In this document: positions 1 through 14,350 of the stretch, piece after piece
Layout: the number at the start of each line of letters is the position of its first letter
Position numbering within the stretch: position 1 is the first letter of the stretch
Assembly (NCBI RefSeq): GCF_009914755.1
Contig: NC_060934.1
Strand: one strand, 5' to 3'
Length of the DNA stretch: 64,000 nt
Source of the DNA: the human T2T-CHM13v2.0 reference genome, Homo sapiens
The notes under the pieces: generated by a model
Told to the model about the DNA's origin: nothing
Databases searched by the model: none
The model's input: only the letters and a program-made list of their open reading frames with translations
Position numbers and translations under genes: made by a program

Positions 1-930
1 ACTCTTTAGGAAGGAAAGCAACAAGGTACCATTTGGATTAATCAAAATAAGTAAAGCATGGGAGAATGGGCTCCCCTTCTCCTGCCCACTAAGGCCTCAC
101 TTCCCGGAGGATAGCCGGAGAGGAACAAGGGGGCTCTCTCTGTTCATTGAAGCTCAGGTGACAAGACTTCATGGTCTACCAGTCAGCCCAAATGCCTGCC
201 AACCTTCAGACTCTCTGTGGTTGGACAATCTTGCTTCAATCAGAAGTAAGGAACTAATAGCATAATATTCGGGATGCTGAGTTTGTTTTTGTCTGCCCAT
301 GGAAAGAGGGCAAGAGGGAAGTCCTCTCCTCTAGCCTTCTAACTACCCCCAACCATATTCCCATCAGAAGCCTGGCATGTAGGAGAGGTTCCATTAATGC
401 TGTCTGTTATGATTAGTACTTGTTATGCTTTGTCCATTTCAATGTCTCTCATTGGAAAGGCCATTCCAGGACTTGGAAACTTTCTTTTCTACCCAAATCT
501 CCAAGGCCAGGATGTGGCATTGACATCATGTAGGACCACACTGTGATCTTTAGAATCAGATTAAAAACATAAGATTTTCCATCTTTCCCCACCTTCCCTA
601 AGAGTCCCTGCCTCTCCATCAAAGAAGAAACTGTTTAGATAGAAAAATCAGGCCAAGATTACCCCAGAGAGAAAATATGTTTCGAGTCTAGTGAAGGCCT
701 TTGCGGAGTGACATTAATTACACTCGTTTAGGTTTGACATTATTAATGAAACTTCTCAGCTGTTTATACTGTAGCCTCTTATTAAAACAATGTGATTAAA
801 ACAAATAATTAAAGAATATTACTACCACCTTAAATATGTACATCATGTTAAGCTTGCAAAAGGCTTCTATCCACAATCTCACTTGATATACACACTGATT
901 CTATGAAGTTAATATTGCACGACTTATTCT

Positions 931-1422
931 TTTTTCCTTTATATTTTTATTGTGATAAAGTACATGTAGCATAAAATTTACAATTTTTAGCATTTTTAAG
1001 TGTGCAATTCAGTAGCATTAAGTACATTCACAGTGTCGTGAGACTACCCCTATTCATTTCCAGAACCTTTTCATCATCTCAAATAGTATTCATTAAATAA
1101 TAACTCCACATCCCCCTTCCCCTCAGACCTTGATAACCTTGAATATACTTTCTGTCTCTATGAATTTAACTATTCTAGGTCCCTCATATAAATGGATCAT
1201 ACAATCATTGTCCTTCTGTGGTTGGCTTCTTTCACTTCTTAGCAGAATGACTTCAAGGTTCATCCATGTTGTAGCATGTGTCAGAATCTCATTCCTTTTC
1301 AAGGCTTAATAAAATTCCACTGTATGGATATACCACATTTTGCTTCTCCATTCATCTGTTGGTGCATATTTGTTTTCTTTCTCCTTCTTAGCTCTTATGA
1401 ATAGTGCTGCTATGAACATTGC
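931..1422 (-). mobile_element. Old LINE-1 3' end fragment (L1MB-like), inserted into a MIR
   Basis: Typical L1MB 3'UTR in antisense (CATAAAATTTACAATTTTTAGCATTTTTAAGTGTGCAATTCAGTAGCATTAAGTACATTCACA ... GCTGCTATGAACATT); possible TSD CTTATTCT at 923-930 and 1428-1435. Confidence 0.8.
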
Positions 1423-1484
1423 CAAGCCTTATTCTCATTTGACAAGTGTGATGAAAGGATCCACCTTGTCATATGGAGGTAGAG

Positions 1485-1670
1485 CAGTGGTTCTCAATCC
1501 TGACTGCTAATTAGAATGGCTTGGGGAGTTAAACAAACAAATGACAAAACATATCTTGGCACCACTCTGGACCAACAGAATGTCAGAATCTCCAGAGGTG
1601 CAGCCTGGATGGGTCAGTTTTTAAAAATCTCCCAGGGGATTCTTCTGAGTGGAGGGCCATGAAGCCCACA
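1485..1670. mobile_element. MER5-type hAT-Charlie DNA transposon (MER5B-like)
   Basis: Starts with TIR CAGTGGTTCTCAA; internal GGGGAGTT...CAGAATCT...AAAAATCTCCCAGGGGATTC palindromic structure. Confidence 0.7.
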
Positions 1671-2499
1671 GCAACAGTGCTCCCCAGCTGGACCACTCAG
1701 GACCATTTGTGGGCTGTCTCCTTTGTATCTCCCTTTTCTTCACTAAAGCTGCCCCCACAATCAGTGGAGTAACGTGAATCCTCCTTAGAGCATTTTAATC
1801 CGTAATGTAGAGCAGAAAAAATAAAGCAAATATTTTAAAATCAAAATTCAAGCTTAAAAAAGGATGTTCTCAATACCATTAGGCCAAGTGCTGGTTTGTT
1901 GGCTAAATATATGGATCCATTTGCTTCTTGAATTTTAATCATCTCGTTTTAATAACACACCACAATACAAACAATTGTGCGGGTTAATTCAGCTCCATTT
2001 AAGAAGTCTTGTTTTGTACGCCAAAGCTTGTTGTTCTGTCTAGTTAAATGCTCATGCATTAAAATGCTAATAATTAAACTGTTACAACTGACTAATGAAC
2101 TCTGCCAGCAATAAATGATGGTCTTGTTAGATTCACTGCACAGCCAGCCTCCCTTTGTACTGAGAAAGTTAAAGGTTAAAGCGCTCTTGAAACCAGTGAG
2201 TGGATCTAGAAGCAATTACAATTTTTCCTTGAAACTAATAGTACTACAATAATGTTTCAATTCCAACCCAGTAAGAGTTAAAAGAATAAAAGGGGAGAGG
2301 GAGGATGACTCTGAGCTCTATTCATGGAGAAGGATGTGGAGCTTTCTTTAGCCCACAAGGCAGATGGTGTAGTTATTCAGACTAAAGCCTACTTAGTTAC
2401 AAACATCCTTCCTGGAACCTAGTCTCCCAAGATTGCAGACTGAAATGGTGATTTTTCAGGACACAGCAGCAGGTGACCCAAGCTTCATGGAACTATTTA

Positions 2500-3225
2500 G
2501 AGAACAATGGTTAAGCAATGCAGGGAGTTTCTCCCCAACACTATGTGTGATTTTTGGGAAAGTGAAGTGGCTTAATCGCTTTGGATCTCAATTTTCTTGT
2601 TTTAAAAAGCTGGATGGATAATAATAAGAGCTCTTTATGGAAAGCATTTGCTTGGTCCTGTTGAACAGCCAGTTCCCATTCTTTCAGTAATAGCCTCCGA
2701 TTTTCCGTACAGAAGCGCTGCTCCTTGGCTCTCCATCACAGGGTTTGGTGGGAGCTGATTCCTGCCCCCGGGCTCCAGGGGTAAGCATGTGACCTGGATC
2801 TGGCCATTCAGAGCATCCTATCTCTCTGAACACTAATGGGCCTTATGAGAACCTGTCAGAGCCAATCCTGGGGATCAAGCCAGAGTAATGTAGAAAGAAG
2901 CACCCCCTGCACTTGATCCTAGAAGGTGTAATCCTGGAGCGGTCGGGACTACTACATGAAGAAGGCCTTCTTGTCACAGACAAGACAGAGCTGACGTGGA
3001 GAGGCAGAATCCCAAGGGGCTGGATACAGCCTTACCCCCATACCTTTCAGCAACATGAGCCCAAATTTCCCTTTTATCCCACCCATAAGGCAGTTTGAGT
3101 TGAGTTTCTGTTGCTGGCCTCCAAGAGTATCTCAGAGGGTGGCTGTGGGCATTAAGTGAGTTAGTGCATGTATTCTTCTATAGAAGGGTAATCAGTAGAC
3201 ACTCAACAAATGGTAACAGCTATAA
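2500..3225 (+). mobile_element. MIR interrupted by an MLT1K-like MaLR LTR (~2650-3135)
   Basis: MIR pieces at ~2500-2630 and ~3136-3225; LTR motifs CATGTGACCTGGATCTGGCCA and 3' GTTTGAGTTGAGTTTCTG. Confidence 0.6.
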
Positions 3226-3649
3226 TTAAAGAGAAATCAGGAAATTGACCACCAGGCCAGGGTTATTATACTCTCTTCTGATGTGCCCTTACACAGACCC
3301 TTTAAATGTGAGCTTGACTTTGTTCAGGTGTGGTAAAGATGCAAAACTGACCAAATTCAGCAGTGAAGATAAAACCACGTGGCTGGGTTGCTGGTGGAAA
3401 ACCCTATGGGCACTCAGGGCCTTCCCTTCCTGAGAACCTCATGCCCTTTTCCAATTATCCATGTTTTTCTAGAGGAAGCAATGCAAGAGTCTGCTGAGAA
3501 AAATTAAACAAGATCATGAACTCGAAGGATGTGCGATATGTCTTAGCCATTCTAATTATGGACTTAAACTTAACAGCAGCCACATTTAATCAAACAACCA
3601 GATTCCAAGCATTTGGTTGGAGGCTGCATTAGGAAGAGTCACATGGAGG

Positions 3650-3790
3650 GAGCAGCTTAGGACTGCAAATCAGAATACTATCCAGGTGACCTTAAGTAGG
3701 TCACTGCCCCTCTCTGAGTCTCCTCATCTCTAAGATGGGGATAAAAATCCCGGGTCCTTGTACCAGGAATGTTGGGGAAATAAGTAGAAC
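3650..3790 (+). mobile_element. MIR
   Basis: GTGACCTTAAGTAGGTCACTGCCCCTCTCTGAGTCTCCTCATCTCTAAGATGGGGATAA core. Confidence 0.65.
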
Positions 3791-3847
3791 TATGGGAAAG
3801 AATAATAATTAACCACTTACATGGAAGGCTCTCCAGTTTCCCTACAG

Positions 3848-4141
<294 letters not shown>

Positions 4142-4287
4142 CCTTCCCTAGAGTTTTTACATCTACCTTTGGGTTTAGCAAAGGGTAATGTGAATCAAAT
4201 ATATAAACATAAAGGGGGTTTTATACTTCTTTAAATTATTTTCTGCTCATTTCATGTATTTCTTGTCTCCCTGATGAGTTCTTTTGG

Positions 4288-4645
4288 TAAATATTTACTG
4301 GGCATCTACTATGTGTGTGACTGGTAGATGGTAGAGATACAACCAGGAAAAACAGGTGTGGTCTCAGCTTTTACGGTGTTTATAGTCTAGTGGGGTGCCT
4401 ACCAATAAAACCACCACATTCAATATACAGTTACAAATGTGATGAGTGCTGCGATGAAAAAAATAGAATGTGAGAGAATAAGAGAGAAGATCTGTCTTTG
4501 ACAATTGTGGCGGGGAGGGAAGCTAGAGCTCTCTGAGGATATAAGATTTGTCCTGAGATGTGCAGAATGAATAAGAACTGGGGCCATGAGTGAGCAAGAA
4601 GAGAGGTCCAGGCAGAGGGAGGAGCAGGTACAAGGTTCTGCGGCA
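4288..4645 (-). mobile_element. L2 3' fragment
   Basis: AAATATTTACTGGGCATCTACTATGTG is the antisense L2 3' end, followed by typical L2 body. Confidence 0.65.
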
Positions 4646-4794
4646 AAAAGAGGACCCAGGCTCTGGGAGCTCCCGAGGACAGAGCTGGGGTATTCTGCTT
4701 CCCTCTACACTGTATCTTGCTCCCTCCATCCCCACGACATCAAGGGCTTCTGGTCCAGTGTAGGGCACAGAGCTGGCTTTTCAGGGAGAATAAC

Positions 4795-5188
4795 ATGGTG
4801 GCCCTGGGGGCTGTTCCTCTGCAGTCCCATTTTCTTCCCTCTAAGGACAAGGTTGGGCTGCCTTTTTCTCCTAGATGAAATTGGACATGAACAAGTGACT
4901 TGCTTTGGCCGGTGGGATGTGGCCCAAAGTGAGGAGGGTCACTTTCTGGCAGAAGCTTGAAGATCTGGTGCTCAATTCGCCATGTTTCTCTCCCCTGCCA
5001 CAAACTGGATATGTTCCACAGTGGAGGCTCTGTTGCCTTGAGTCCCCAAAGGAGAAGAATGCAGAACAGACCCCCCAACCCAGACTGACATGGAATATGA
5101 GCTCAAAATGAAGGTTCATTGTGCTCAGCCACTGAGGTTTTGTTGTGTTTTGTTTGACAGCACTGTACAAATTATAATATCCTATACA
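4795..5188 (+). mobile_element. MLT1I/J-like MaLR solo LTR
   Basis: GTGACTTGCTTTGGCC, TCACTTTCTGGCAGAAGCTT, AGCCACTGAGGTTTTG...ACAGCA motifs. Confidence 0.7.
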
Positions 5189-5779
5189 AGTTATTGTATG
5201 ATAATGATGATGAGCGAGGGAGAGGGGAAGTGTAACAGGGAGGAAGTGCCCAGCATGAAGGTGTGTTGTTGAGTTTGCTGCTGTAGGTCTTGGGGGCTCA
5301 GCTGCCTGAAACTTGGGGAAGCCTGCAGACTGCCTTCCAGAATATTCTGGCTAAAGGACAGGACACCAGAGCATTTACCCACAGGCTCCATCCTTCATTG
5401 CTCAAAGGTTGCCCCAGCAGGGCTCATTCTCCCCCAACCTCACACTGAACTTGTAGGTGGGCTCCATGGGATTCCCTGATTTTGGAGAAGGTTCTAAAGC
5501 AGAGCCCGAGGTGGAGATACTCATCAGGCCCTTAACATAGAAACCTGCCAGCATGCAGAACACTACCCATTGCTTTTGGTGGTATCAAAGATGAAGTCAG
5601 AGACAGCTTGAGGGATGTGACACAGGACAGAGTCAGTATCTGCCACAGTTTGGCTTGCTGTGTTATCACTCCTTCTACTATTTGTGTTTTGAGAAGAGCC
5701 TGGGGGATAAGGTCACACAGCACTGAGGACGCAGACCATGAAAGTCGGAGAAAGGTACTGCTTCAGGAATTAAAGGTAG

Positions 5780-6060
5780 GTTTGCTCTGATGTCACCTCA
5801 TCTAAGAAGCCCTCTCGGCTTCCCTCTACTGAAATATTTTTGCCTTCCTCTGAACTTCCCTCTGAACTCTCTTTTTGTCCCCAAGTAGAGCTATCTGCTC
5901 TGCCTGTGACTTCCCATGAATTTTCCTTACTAGATTGTCATATAGTTGAAGGCAGGACTCATTCCAGGCTCATATTCATGGACCTACTATGCCTAGCACA
6001 GTACTGGAACATGGAAAATACCCAACAGTTTTATTTTTTTGAGTGAAAGGACAAATGCAT
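5780..6060 (+). mobile_element. L2 3' end
   Basis: ACTAGATTG...GAAGGCAGGACT...GCCTAGCACAGTACTGGAACATGG. Confidence 0.65.
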
Positions 6061-6179
6061 TTGAACTGGCACCAGTGAACCTATCCAGTTTTCTTTTTTT
6101 TCTTTTTTTTTTTTTTTGGTGATCATTGACCGCTAGCAATAAAAACAGTAAATATGTACACAGTTCTTACTGGCTTGTG

Positions 6180-6330
6180 TTAGAAAGCACTTTCACAATT
6201 ATCAATTCCATTCCACTGATGACAAAATGGAGGCCAAGGAGGTAAAATAACTATCCCAAGGTCACAGACCTGGGAATGACAGAATGAGGATTTGAACCAG
6301 GCAGTGCTGACCCCATTTTGAGTGTTTGTA
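6180..6330 (-). mobile_element. MIR
   Basis: CCCAAGGTCACAGAC...GGATTTGAACCAGGCAG. Confidence 0.65.
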
Positions 6331-6917
6331 CTTCTCTGTCAGGGATCCAGTAGAAAACAAGACACTCAATTGATTTTAAGGCCCTCACCAGCTCTGTTCA
6401 AGCCTGGAGAACTCCCATCCTGGCTGGCACCACCGGGTTAACATCATAGTCTCAAGTTTGCGTTGTGATCCCACCATGGTCCATCATATCCAGGCAATCA
6501 CTGGGAGGAAGCGGGAACCACAAGCTCCTGTCTCTCTACTCTGGGAGTCATGACTACCAGCTGGTAGCCCATGGCCTCCTGAGGAACCTGGGTTCCTGCT
6601 CATGATGCCTTCCTGGGGGAGAAATAGGAAGAGAGGATGACATGAGAGCAAGGCTTACACAACTTGAAACTATGTAGAGGGACAGTTTGTATCTGCTAAC
6701 GGTTCCTTCTCACTACCCATCTTAGCTCAGTCCTCACTTCCTTGAGGCAGGCTTCCCTCCCCACACTAGATCAGGCCAAAGTCCTTTGTTAAAGTCTTCA
6801 CTGAGTTTTTCTCCTTTGCGGCACTTGACACAATTGCAATTTTACATAGTTTTTCATGACTTTAATAGTCTCCTTCACAAAGCTGAAAACTCCACAAGGG
6901 CAGGAACCATGTCTGTT

Positions 6918-7223
6918 ATCCATCCATCCATCCCTCCATCCATCTATCCATCCATCCATGCATCCATCTACTCATCCATCTGCCCTCTTATCCATCCATC
7001 CCTCTATTTAATTGTTCATTCATCCCCATTCCTCCATCCATCTACCCATCCATCCAACCATCTGTCTGCTCATCCATCCATCCATCCACAGAGTTTTTTC
7101 CATCTAGTTGGAGTGATTATGTCCTCTCATATATCCATCCACCCATCCCTCCATCCATCTATCCACCCATCCATGCATCCATCTATTCATTCATCCATCC
7201 TCTCATCCATCCATCCATCCATC
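6918..7223. repeat. Degenerate (TCCA)n tetranucleotide repeat
   Basis: Many ATCC/CCAT units seen directly, with internal interruptions. Confidence 0.95.
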
Positions 7224-7450
7224 GCAAATATTTTTAAGTGCCAACCATGTGAGGCACTGATAAGGCTAATAGGGAAATTGCAGTGAATAAAACAAAATCT
7301 CTACATGTATGGAGCTTACATTTTGATAGAATGAGAGAAACAATAAATGAGAAATCAAATAAATGTAGACTGTCAGGGACAATAAATGCTATAAAGAAAA
7401 ATAAAAATAAAACAAAGTTGGGGAGAGTGATAGGCAATGGGGCCCCTTTG
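7224..7450 (-). mobile_element. L2 3' fragment abutting the (TCCA)n array
   Basis: CAAATATTTTTAAGTGCCAACCATGTG...GGAGCTTACATTTT. Confidence 0.65.
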
Positions 7451-9595
7451 CCAGGACCTCTAAGAAGTCTAGATTGTTTCCCAGAAATTTCTCCCAAAGG
7501 ACAGGAAGTCCTGGCAGTTACTGGTCACCAGCTGGCAGCTCACTCTCTCTGGAGATCCTTGGGCTCCTGCTTTTGTCCCCTTCTTGGGAAAGAAAAAAGT
7601 GAAGAGAAATAAGGAGTGGAATTCTCAGTATGCAGTCAACTGCCTGGCATGCAGTGGGAACTCAATGAACATTAGATGGAAGACTGCACAGGTGAAGGGA
7701 TGGATGGATGAAAAAGTATCATTGGGAGATTTCTGGGTGGGCTGGAGGCTGAGGACAGCCCTGCCTCCATCTAGAAGCGGTGGGCATGGGGAGTATGAGT
7801 GTCTCGCCCTGACATCAGCCTGCTGTCTATAAGGGATGCTCCGGGAAAGATGAGGCAGGTTCAGGTGGCACCTAGAGGACTCCCTGAGTCTCCTGAAACC
7901 CCCTCACACTCAACCCCATTTCTTCACTGGCATGGAAGGCAACTAAGCCTGACCCCAGGGCTGACGTCCTGGACCGAAGTCTTGAAGCAAGAGGTCCAGT
8001 CCCAGGATGTGGTTCAAACCTGGGAGACTACAGAAATTCCTCTTCCTGGATCCACCCGAGTGCAGCAAAAGCCCAACTGGAATCCACAGAAGTTAATAAG
8101 AAAGCCACACTGTGTACTTAATGAAGTTTTTAAGTCAATTACGAAAGACTCATTGATCATTTGTTAAGGTCTTGAAACCTTTACAGATTAATTTTATTAA
8201 AACAAAAACTCTCACAGTCTGTTAACTCCATAAATGTATTTTAAATTTATTTTTGAAGGCAACAGTAAGCAGTGTGTGCACGTGTGCGTGCATGCAATTC
8301 AACATCACCACTCTGAAACAAGCTGCTCTGCATTTGAACAGCGCCCACCTGCCCATTCCCAGAAACGCTGTCTGTTTCTGTGAATGTCAGTGTCAGTCCT
8401 CCTGTCCTGGGAGCAGCAGTGCCTGCACAGTTGCCCAGTGTATCTGATCCTCCTGGGCAGCAGAGTGGTGCCTCTGGATATGCCACCTGGCTCAGTGGCA
8501 GCTGTTTTGGTAGGGCAGAATTTATGGCTGCTGACCGCAACAAGCAGTGACAATGGGATAGGGACCATGTGAATGCCACCATCCTAAACCCCTGGATGGA
8601 TGGATGAGAGGACAGAAGGTGAAGAGACCCAGGAATCAGAGTTTTAAGGCCTTGCTAAGGAGGGACAGCAAGGTAGTCCTCAAATGGCAGGCTACCTGGA
8701 GAATCTGACAGTGGTCTATGGATAGGGAAGGGCTGTTTTCTTTTATGCCAGTGACACAGGGAGAGATCCACAGGAGGGAGGCTCTGCAAGACCCATGAGG
8801 TAAACTGCTTAGCCATTTCTACACTGGCCAAGTCCATTCTTGACTTTGGTTTTAGGCCAACTGTTTGGGGAACGATGCAGAAACCCTGAAAAGAGGCCCG
8901 AGGGAGGTGACGATCACGTGGAAGTGTTGCAAAGCAGGGTTAAAGGAGCTAAAAGTATTTTGCACTTTGTGGGGGAGGGGAAGGGAGAGAGAGGGCTGGG
9001 ATGTGGAGAGAGGGAGAAAGACTTAATAATAAGTAACCATGTTTACATCTGCAGAGGGTTTTCATAAGTATGTGGCTTGTAAGAGTCATTTCCACCGATA
9101 AGAGTGGTGGACTTTTTATTCATTCATTTTGATGAAGCAGGAGGAAATTCAGTTAGACCTGAGGAAGGCTGTCTTGAAGGAAAGATTATTTATCATGACA
9201 ACAATCCTCTGATTAAGATTGCAGAATCTGTCCTATCCTGAAAATCCTCATGACTCCATCCTTTGAACAATAACTGATGCCTTCACTGAGGACCGAGACA
9301 CAGTTTGAACTGACAATTAATAAAAACAAAAACCCCCTCTCTTCTTGTCTCCTATCTTACTTTTCTGCATAATCACGTTTCTCATAAATATAGCTACAGT
9401 AAAATTTTACTTTTAAATAAACTTTGATCTGACTATATGCTTATTCAGGTGATTTGGAAAATATAAAAAAGTATAAAGTGGAAGGAAAGAATTGAGACAA
9501 AAATCACTGTTAAAGTTACCTCCTAGTTTTTTTTTTTTGGACACAAATATATAAATTTTTTTCTATACATTTCTATAAAGGTTTGTACCTTGATT

Positions 9596-10077
<482 letters not shown>

Positions 10078-11847
10078 AATTGTTTTTTAACGTAAGCCGC
10101 TGCAAAGTCATTTTTCCATGTCATTACAAAAATCTTCTAAACTTTTTCCACATCAAAACAAGCTTTTCTTTTTGTCTTCACAAATGAAATACTGTACAAA
10201 GTAACACAAGATTGAAATATTTCAGAACTACATATTAGGAAAAGGTAAAGGTCCCATCCTTCTCATAAATCCACCCCCAGAGAGAATTGATGTGGACAGT
10301 TTTGGGCACACACCATTACCTAAAGCATTTTTGATGACTGTGTAATATCTGTTTGCGTGGCTGTACCACACTTTATTTTTGGCCCTCATCATCTTCGCTT
10401 ATTCACTGTTTATTTGTTCACTTATTAAGTCACTGTTGAGCAGCTCCCTGTGCCCTGTTCTAGGTAATGATATGAAAACAGACTACAAGGGACTAAAACG
10501 CACAGCACGTCAGAGGGTGGTGTGTGTCCTGGAGAAAACTTGGCAGGGAAGGGCACGGACAGTGGCGGTGGGGCTGGGTGGAGGGGCTGCCCTGTGAACG
10601 CTTGTGCCCGAGCAGAGCTCTAAGCCTTGACCTCAGCTGAGGACCCCGGCTGACCCCCTCGCAGCCCTGTGACGGCCTTGCGAGCCTTTCTTTCTGGGAC
10701 AGCGGTTATGGACTTCTCGTGCCTGACCTCAACCCCTCTCCTTCCCATTTCAGTTGTCAGAGTTGAGTCTGGAGAATTTTTGCCTCATGCTTTTTCTTTC
10801 ACATGCAAACTTCCTGGGTATTAAAACTAAGGTTGGCCCTTTATTTTGCCCATTTTCTCACCTGCTCAGCTTGATCACAATCAACAACCCCAGCGGACTG
10901 GCTGAAACCAGAAATCCCCACAAGCTGAGCTGAGTCACTCACTCAGGACCCTGATGCTGCCTCCTCACAAGATGGCGCCTTGGACTGAGCCCCAGGAAAT
11001 GCGCCATTTTGGCCTTGTCTAGCCACCAAAGACCCCAAAGGGCATATTGCCTTCCCCAGGCCTGCAAGAGGAGAATGCGTTTCTGCCAGTACCACATCTG
11101 GGCCTCACCTAGCCTCTGACAGGAGACACCTGCAGCCCCTCACCCAGGTTACCCGAGGCGGGTCCCAGCTGCCCGGCTCAGGCCTTCCCCACACTCAAGG
11201 ACAGCCGGCGGCTCAGAAGGCCACCTGTTTGGGCAACAGAGAATTACTTGATGCTGCACTTAAAATCACCAGAGAATAAGCACAATGGAGCATTAAAAAC
11301 TTTGACAATTTGACACTTTGCAGAATACCTCCCCCGCAAAAAATCAGTTTTTAGAGCATTAAGTGAGACAAGGCAAAGATGCATAAAGAAAAAGCTGACT
11401 GTCTTCATCACCTCCACCCTCCCCTTGAGCACCCAGGCCTGGGCTGGCGTGAGGCTCCCACACAGCTGTGACAGATGTGTGTGGACTTAGGAATTTTGTT
11501 TTCATGAAGATGGAATCTTGCTTTCTAAGTTTCTCTCAACCCATCTTGCTTTGTGTACCTGATGGCTCTATAAGTCAGCGAATCTGAATCTACTTCAGTC
11601 ATTTTCTGTGATATTTACACATACCCACATATATATCATTTGCACATTTCAGATCTTATTCCACATGATATTTTTGTGCATAGCTTTGCTTCAAACTTGC
11701 TTCCTCTCACTAGTTTCCCTACCACCCACCTCCATGAATTCAGGTTCACAACCTGTTTCATGTCCTTCTCTCCTCTATGCTGGGCTCATATAGTCATATA
11801 CAGACACACAAATAAAAACACACATTCAACATATAGACATATTTTAT

Positions 11848-12000
11848 TTTTGAGACAGGATCTCACGCTGTTGCCCAAGCTGGAGCCTAGTGGTGCAATC
11901 AGGGCTCACTGCAGCCTCCACCTCCCTCAGCTCAGGTGATCCTCCCACCTCAGCCTCCCAAGTAGCTGGGACCATAGCCATGCACCACCACACCTAGCTA
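11848..12000 (-). mobile_element. Alu right monomer (FRAM or truncated AluJ)
   Basis: J-type GCAGCCTCC, GATCCTCCCACC; 13 bp TSD AGACATATTTTAT at 11835-11847 and 12001-12013. Confidence 0.9.
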
Positions 12001-12081
12001 AGACATATTTTATATGCATCACTGCACCTTGCTTTTCTCACCCACCAATATGTCACAGAAATCCCCCCAAATCAAATAATG

Positions 12082-12360
12082 GGCCAGGCGCAGTGGCTCA
12101 TGCCTGTAATCCTAGCACTTTGGGAGGTTGAGGTGGGCAGATCATTTGAGGTCAGGAGTTCGAGACTAGTCTGACCAACATGGTGAAACCCCATCTTTAC
12201 TAAAAATACAAAAAATTAGCCGGGTGTGGTGGCACACACCTGTAATCTTAGCTACTCGGGAGGCTGCTTGAACCCAGGGGTTGGAGGTTGTGGTGAGCTG
12301 AGAACATGCCACTGCACTCTAGTCTGGGCGACAGAGTGAGAGTTTGTCTCAAAAAAAAAA
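12082..12360 (+). mobile_element. AluSx-like with ~14 bp internal deletion
   Basis: GGCCAGGCGCAGTGGCTCA start, A tail; GGAGGCTG/CTTGAACC junction lacks AGGCAGGAGAATCG; TSD AAATCAAATAATG. Confidence 0.95.
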
Positions 12361-13290
12361 AATCAAATAATGGAGCTCTCGTTTTCTCATAGTGGGAATT
12401 AATTCTAATTTATTTGAACATTCTCCCGTTAATGGCATTCATCTTATTTTCTTTTTGGCCCTGACAACAGTGCTATACTAAACACCCTTCTGTGTGTGTG
12501 TTCCTAGATCCATACCTTTAGGTCATTGTGCTTCTATTTTTATGGACTAAATTCCCAGAAGTGAAGATTCTGAGACTTTGGGAAAATTTAAAGCTTAAAA
12601 AATTTAAAGAAAAAAAGAAGGAGAATAAATGGTGCATGTGATGTAAGCCCTAAGCTCGGAGCTTGGGAGTTTGGGACATCGTCCATGGTTTAATTTTTCC
12701 ATCCTCATTCCTAAATGGTTCTAAGTGTTCCTTCTGCCTCCTATAGTTAAGAGTCAGAACAGTCTAACTGCTCTGACCTTCAACTGCTCAAATTCTCCCC
12801 GGAGCTGGTATAGGAAAAACAAATTCCGCAGCAAGAGGCAGGGTCCCTTACTTGGAAAGTCACCCAGCTTCTCTTCACATTTTTGTCTCCCCATCTTTAA
12901 AGCAATCTAGAAAGTGGGCTGCAGAGGGTTGCTGTGGGATCTTCATGAAACTTTTAGGAGAAGAGGTTTTGGAGGCTGTGAGGTGTTATATCCAGGTGAG
13001 GGCTGGACACTGCACCAGTTTGAACCTGCTCTCTTGGAGGCCTTGGTGGAAGCTCAGCTCCAACAAGGTCCTCTATTTCCTATCCATATGTACTGCTGTG
13101 GCCTTGCCAGGATATTTAGCTTCACTTAAAGTGATGCTTGAAACATAGGTTTTCTCTTTTCCTTGAAGGAAATAATTACTGCAATTGAGCAAAACAGCCA
13201 CCTTTCATTTTAACATCAACAAATGATTGAGTCATGATGGGTGAGAAGAAAAAAACCACAAATGCTTAGGGCAAATCTTTGTTTAAAAAA

Positions 13291-13543
13291 CTGCATGTTC
13301 TCACTCATAAGTGGGAGTTTAACAATGAGAACACATGGACACAGGGAGGGGAACATCACACACAGGGGCCTGTCAGGGGAGTGCGGGGCTATGGGAGGGA
13401 TAGAATTAGGAGAAATACCTAATGTAGGTGATAGGTTGATGGGTGCAGCAAACCACCATGGCACGTGTATACCTATGTAACAAATCTGCAAGTTCTGCAC
13501 ATGTACCCCAGAACTTCAAGTATCATTAAAAAAAGAAAAAAAA
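13291..13543 (+). mobile_element. Short L1PA7/PA8-like 3' end
   Basis: CATGTTCTCACTCATAAGTGGGAG...GGGTGCAGCAAACCACCATGGCACGTGTATACC...A tail. Confidence 0.9.
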
Positions 13544-13734
13544 GTAATTAGATAGAACCATACCATTAAAAAAAAAAGGCTGATAGAATCTCAACCTATT
13601 CATTTAGCAATGTTGTTCATTACCCATGTAGCTGGACCAGTCTGAGCCTAGGGGTAGGGCGGTTTGAGGTCAGGCCAGTGTTCAAATACTAGCCCTACAT
13701 AAACAATGGTCTTGGTCCACTATTTAGGTAATAC

Positions 13735-14350
<616 letters not shown>

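Noticed and set aside
5230-5690. Possible old ERVL LTR fragment (also ~6335-6780)
   Set aside because: Resemblance too weak to name or bound without a search
6786-7286. 166 aa ORF rich in HPSI
   Set aside because: Translation of the (TCCA)n simple repeat, not a gene
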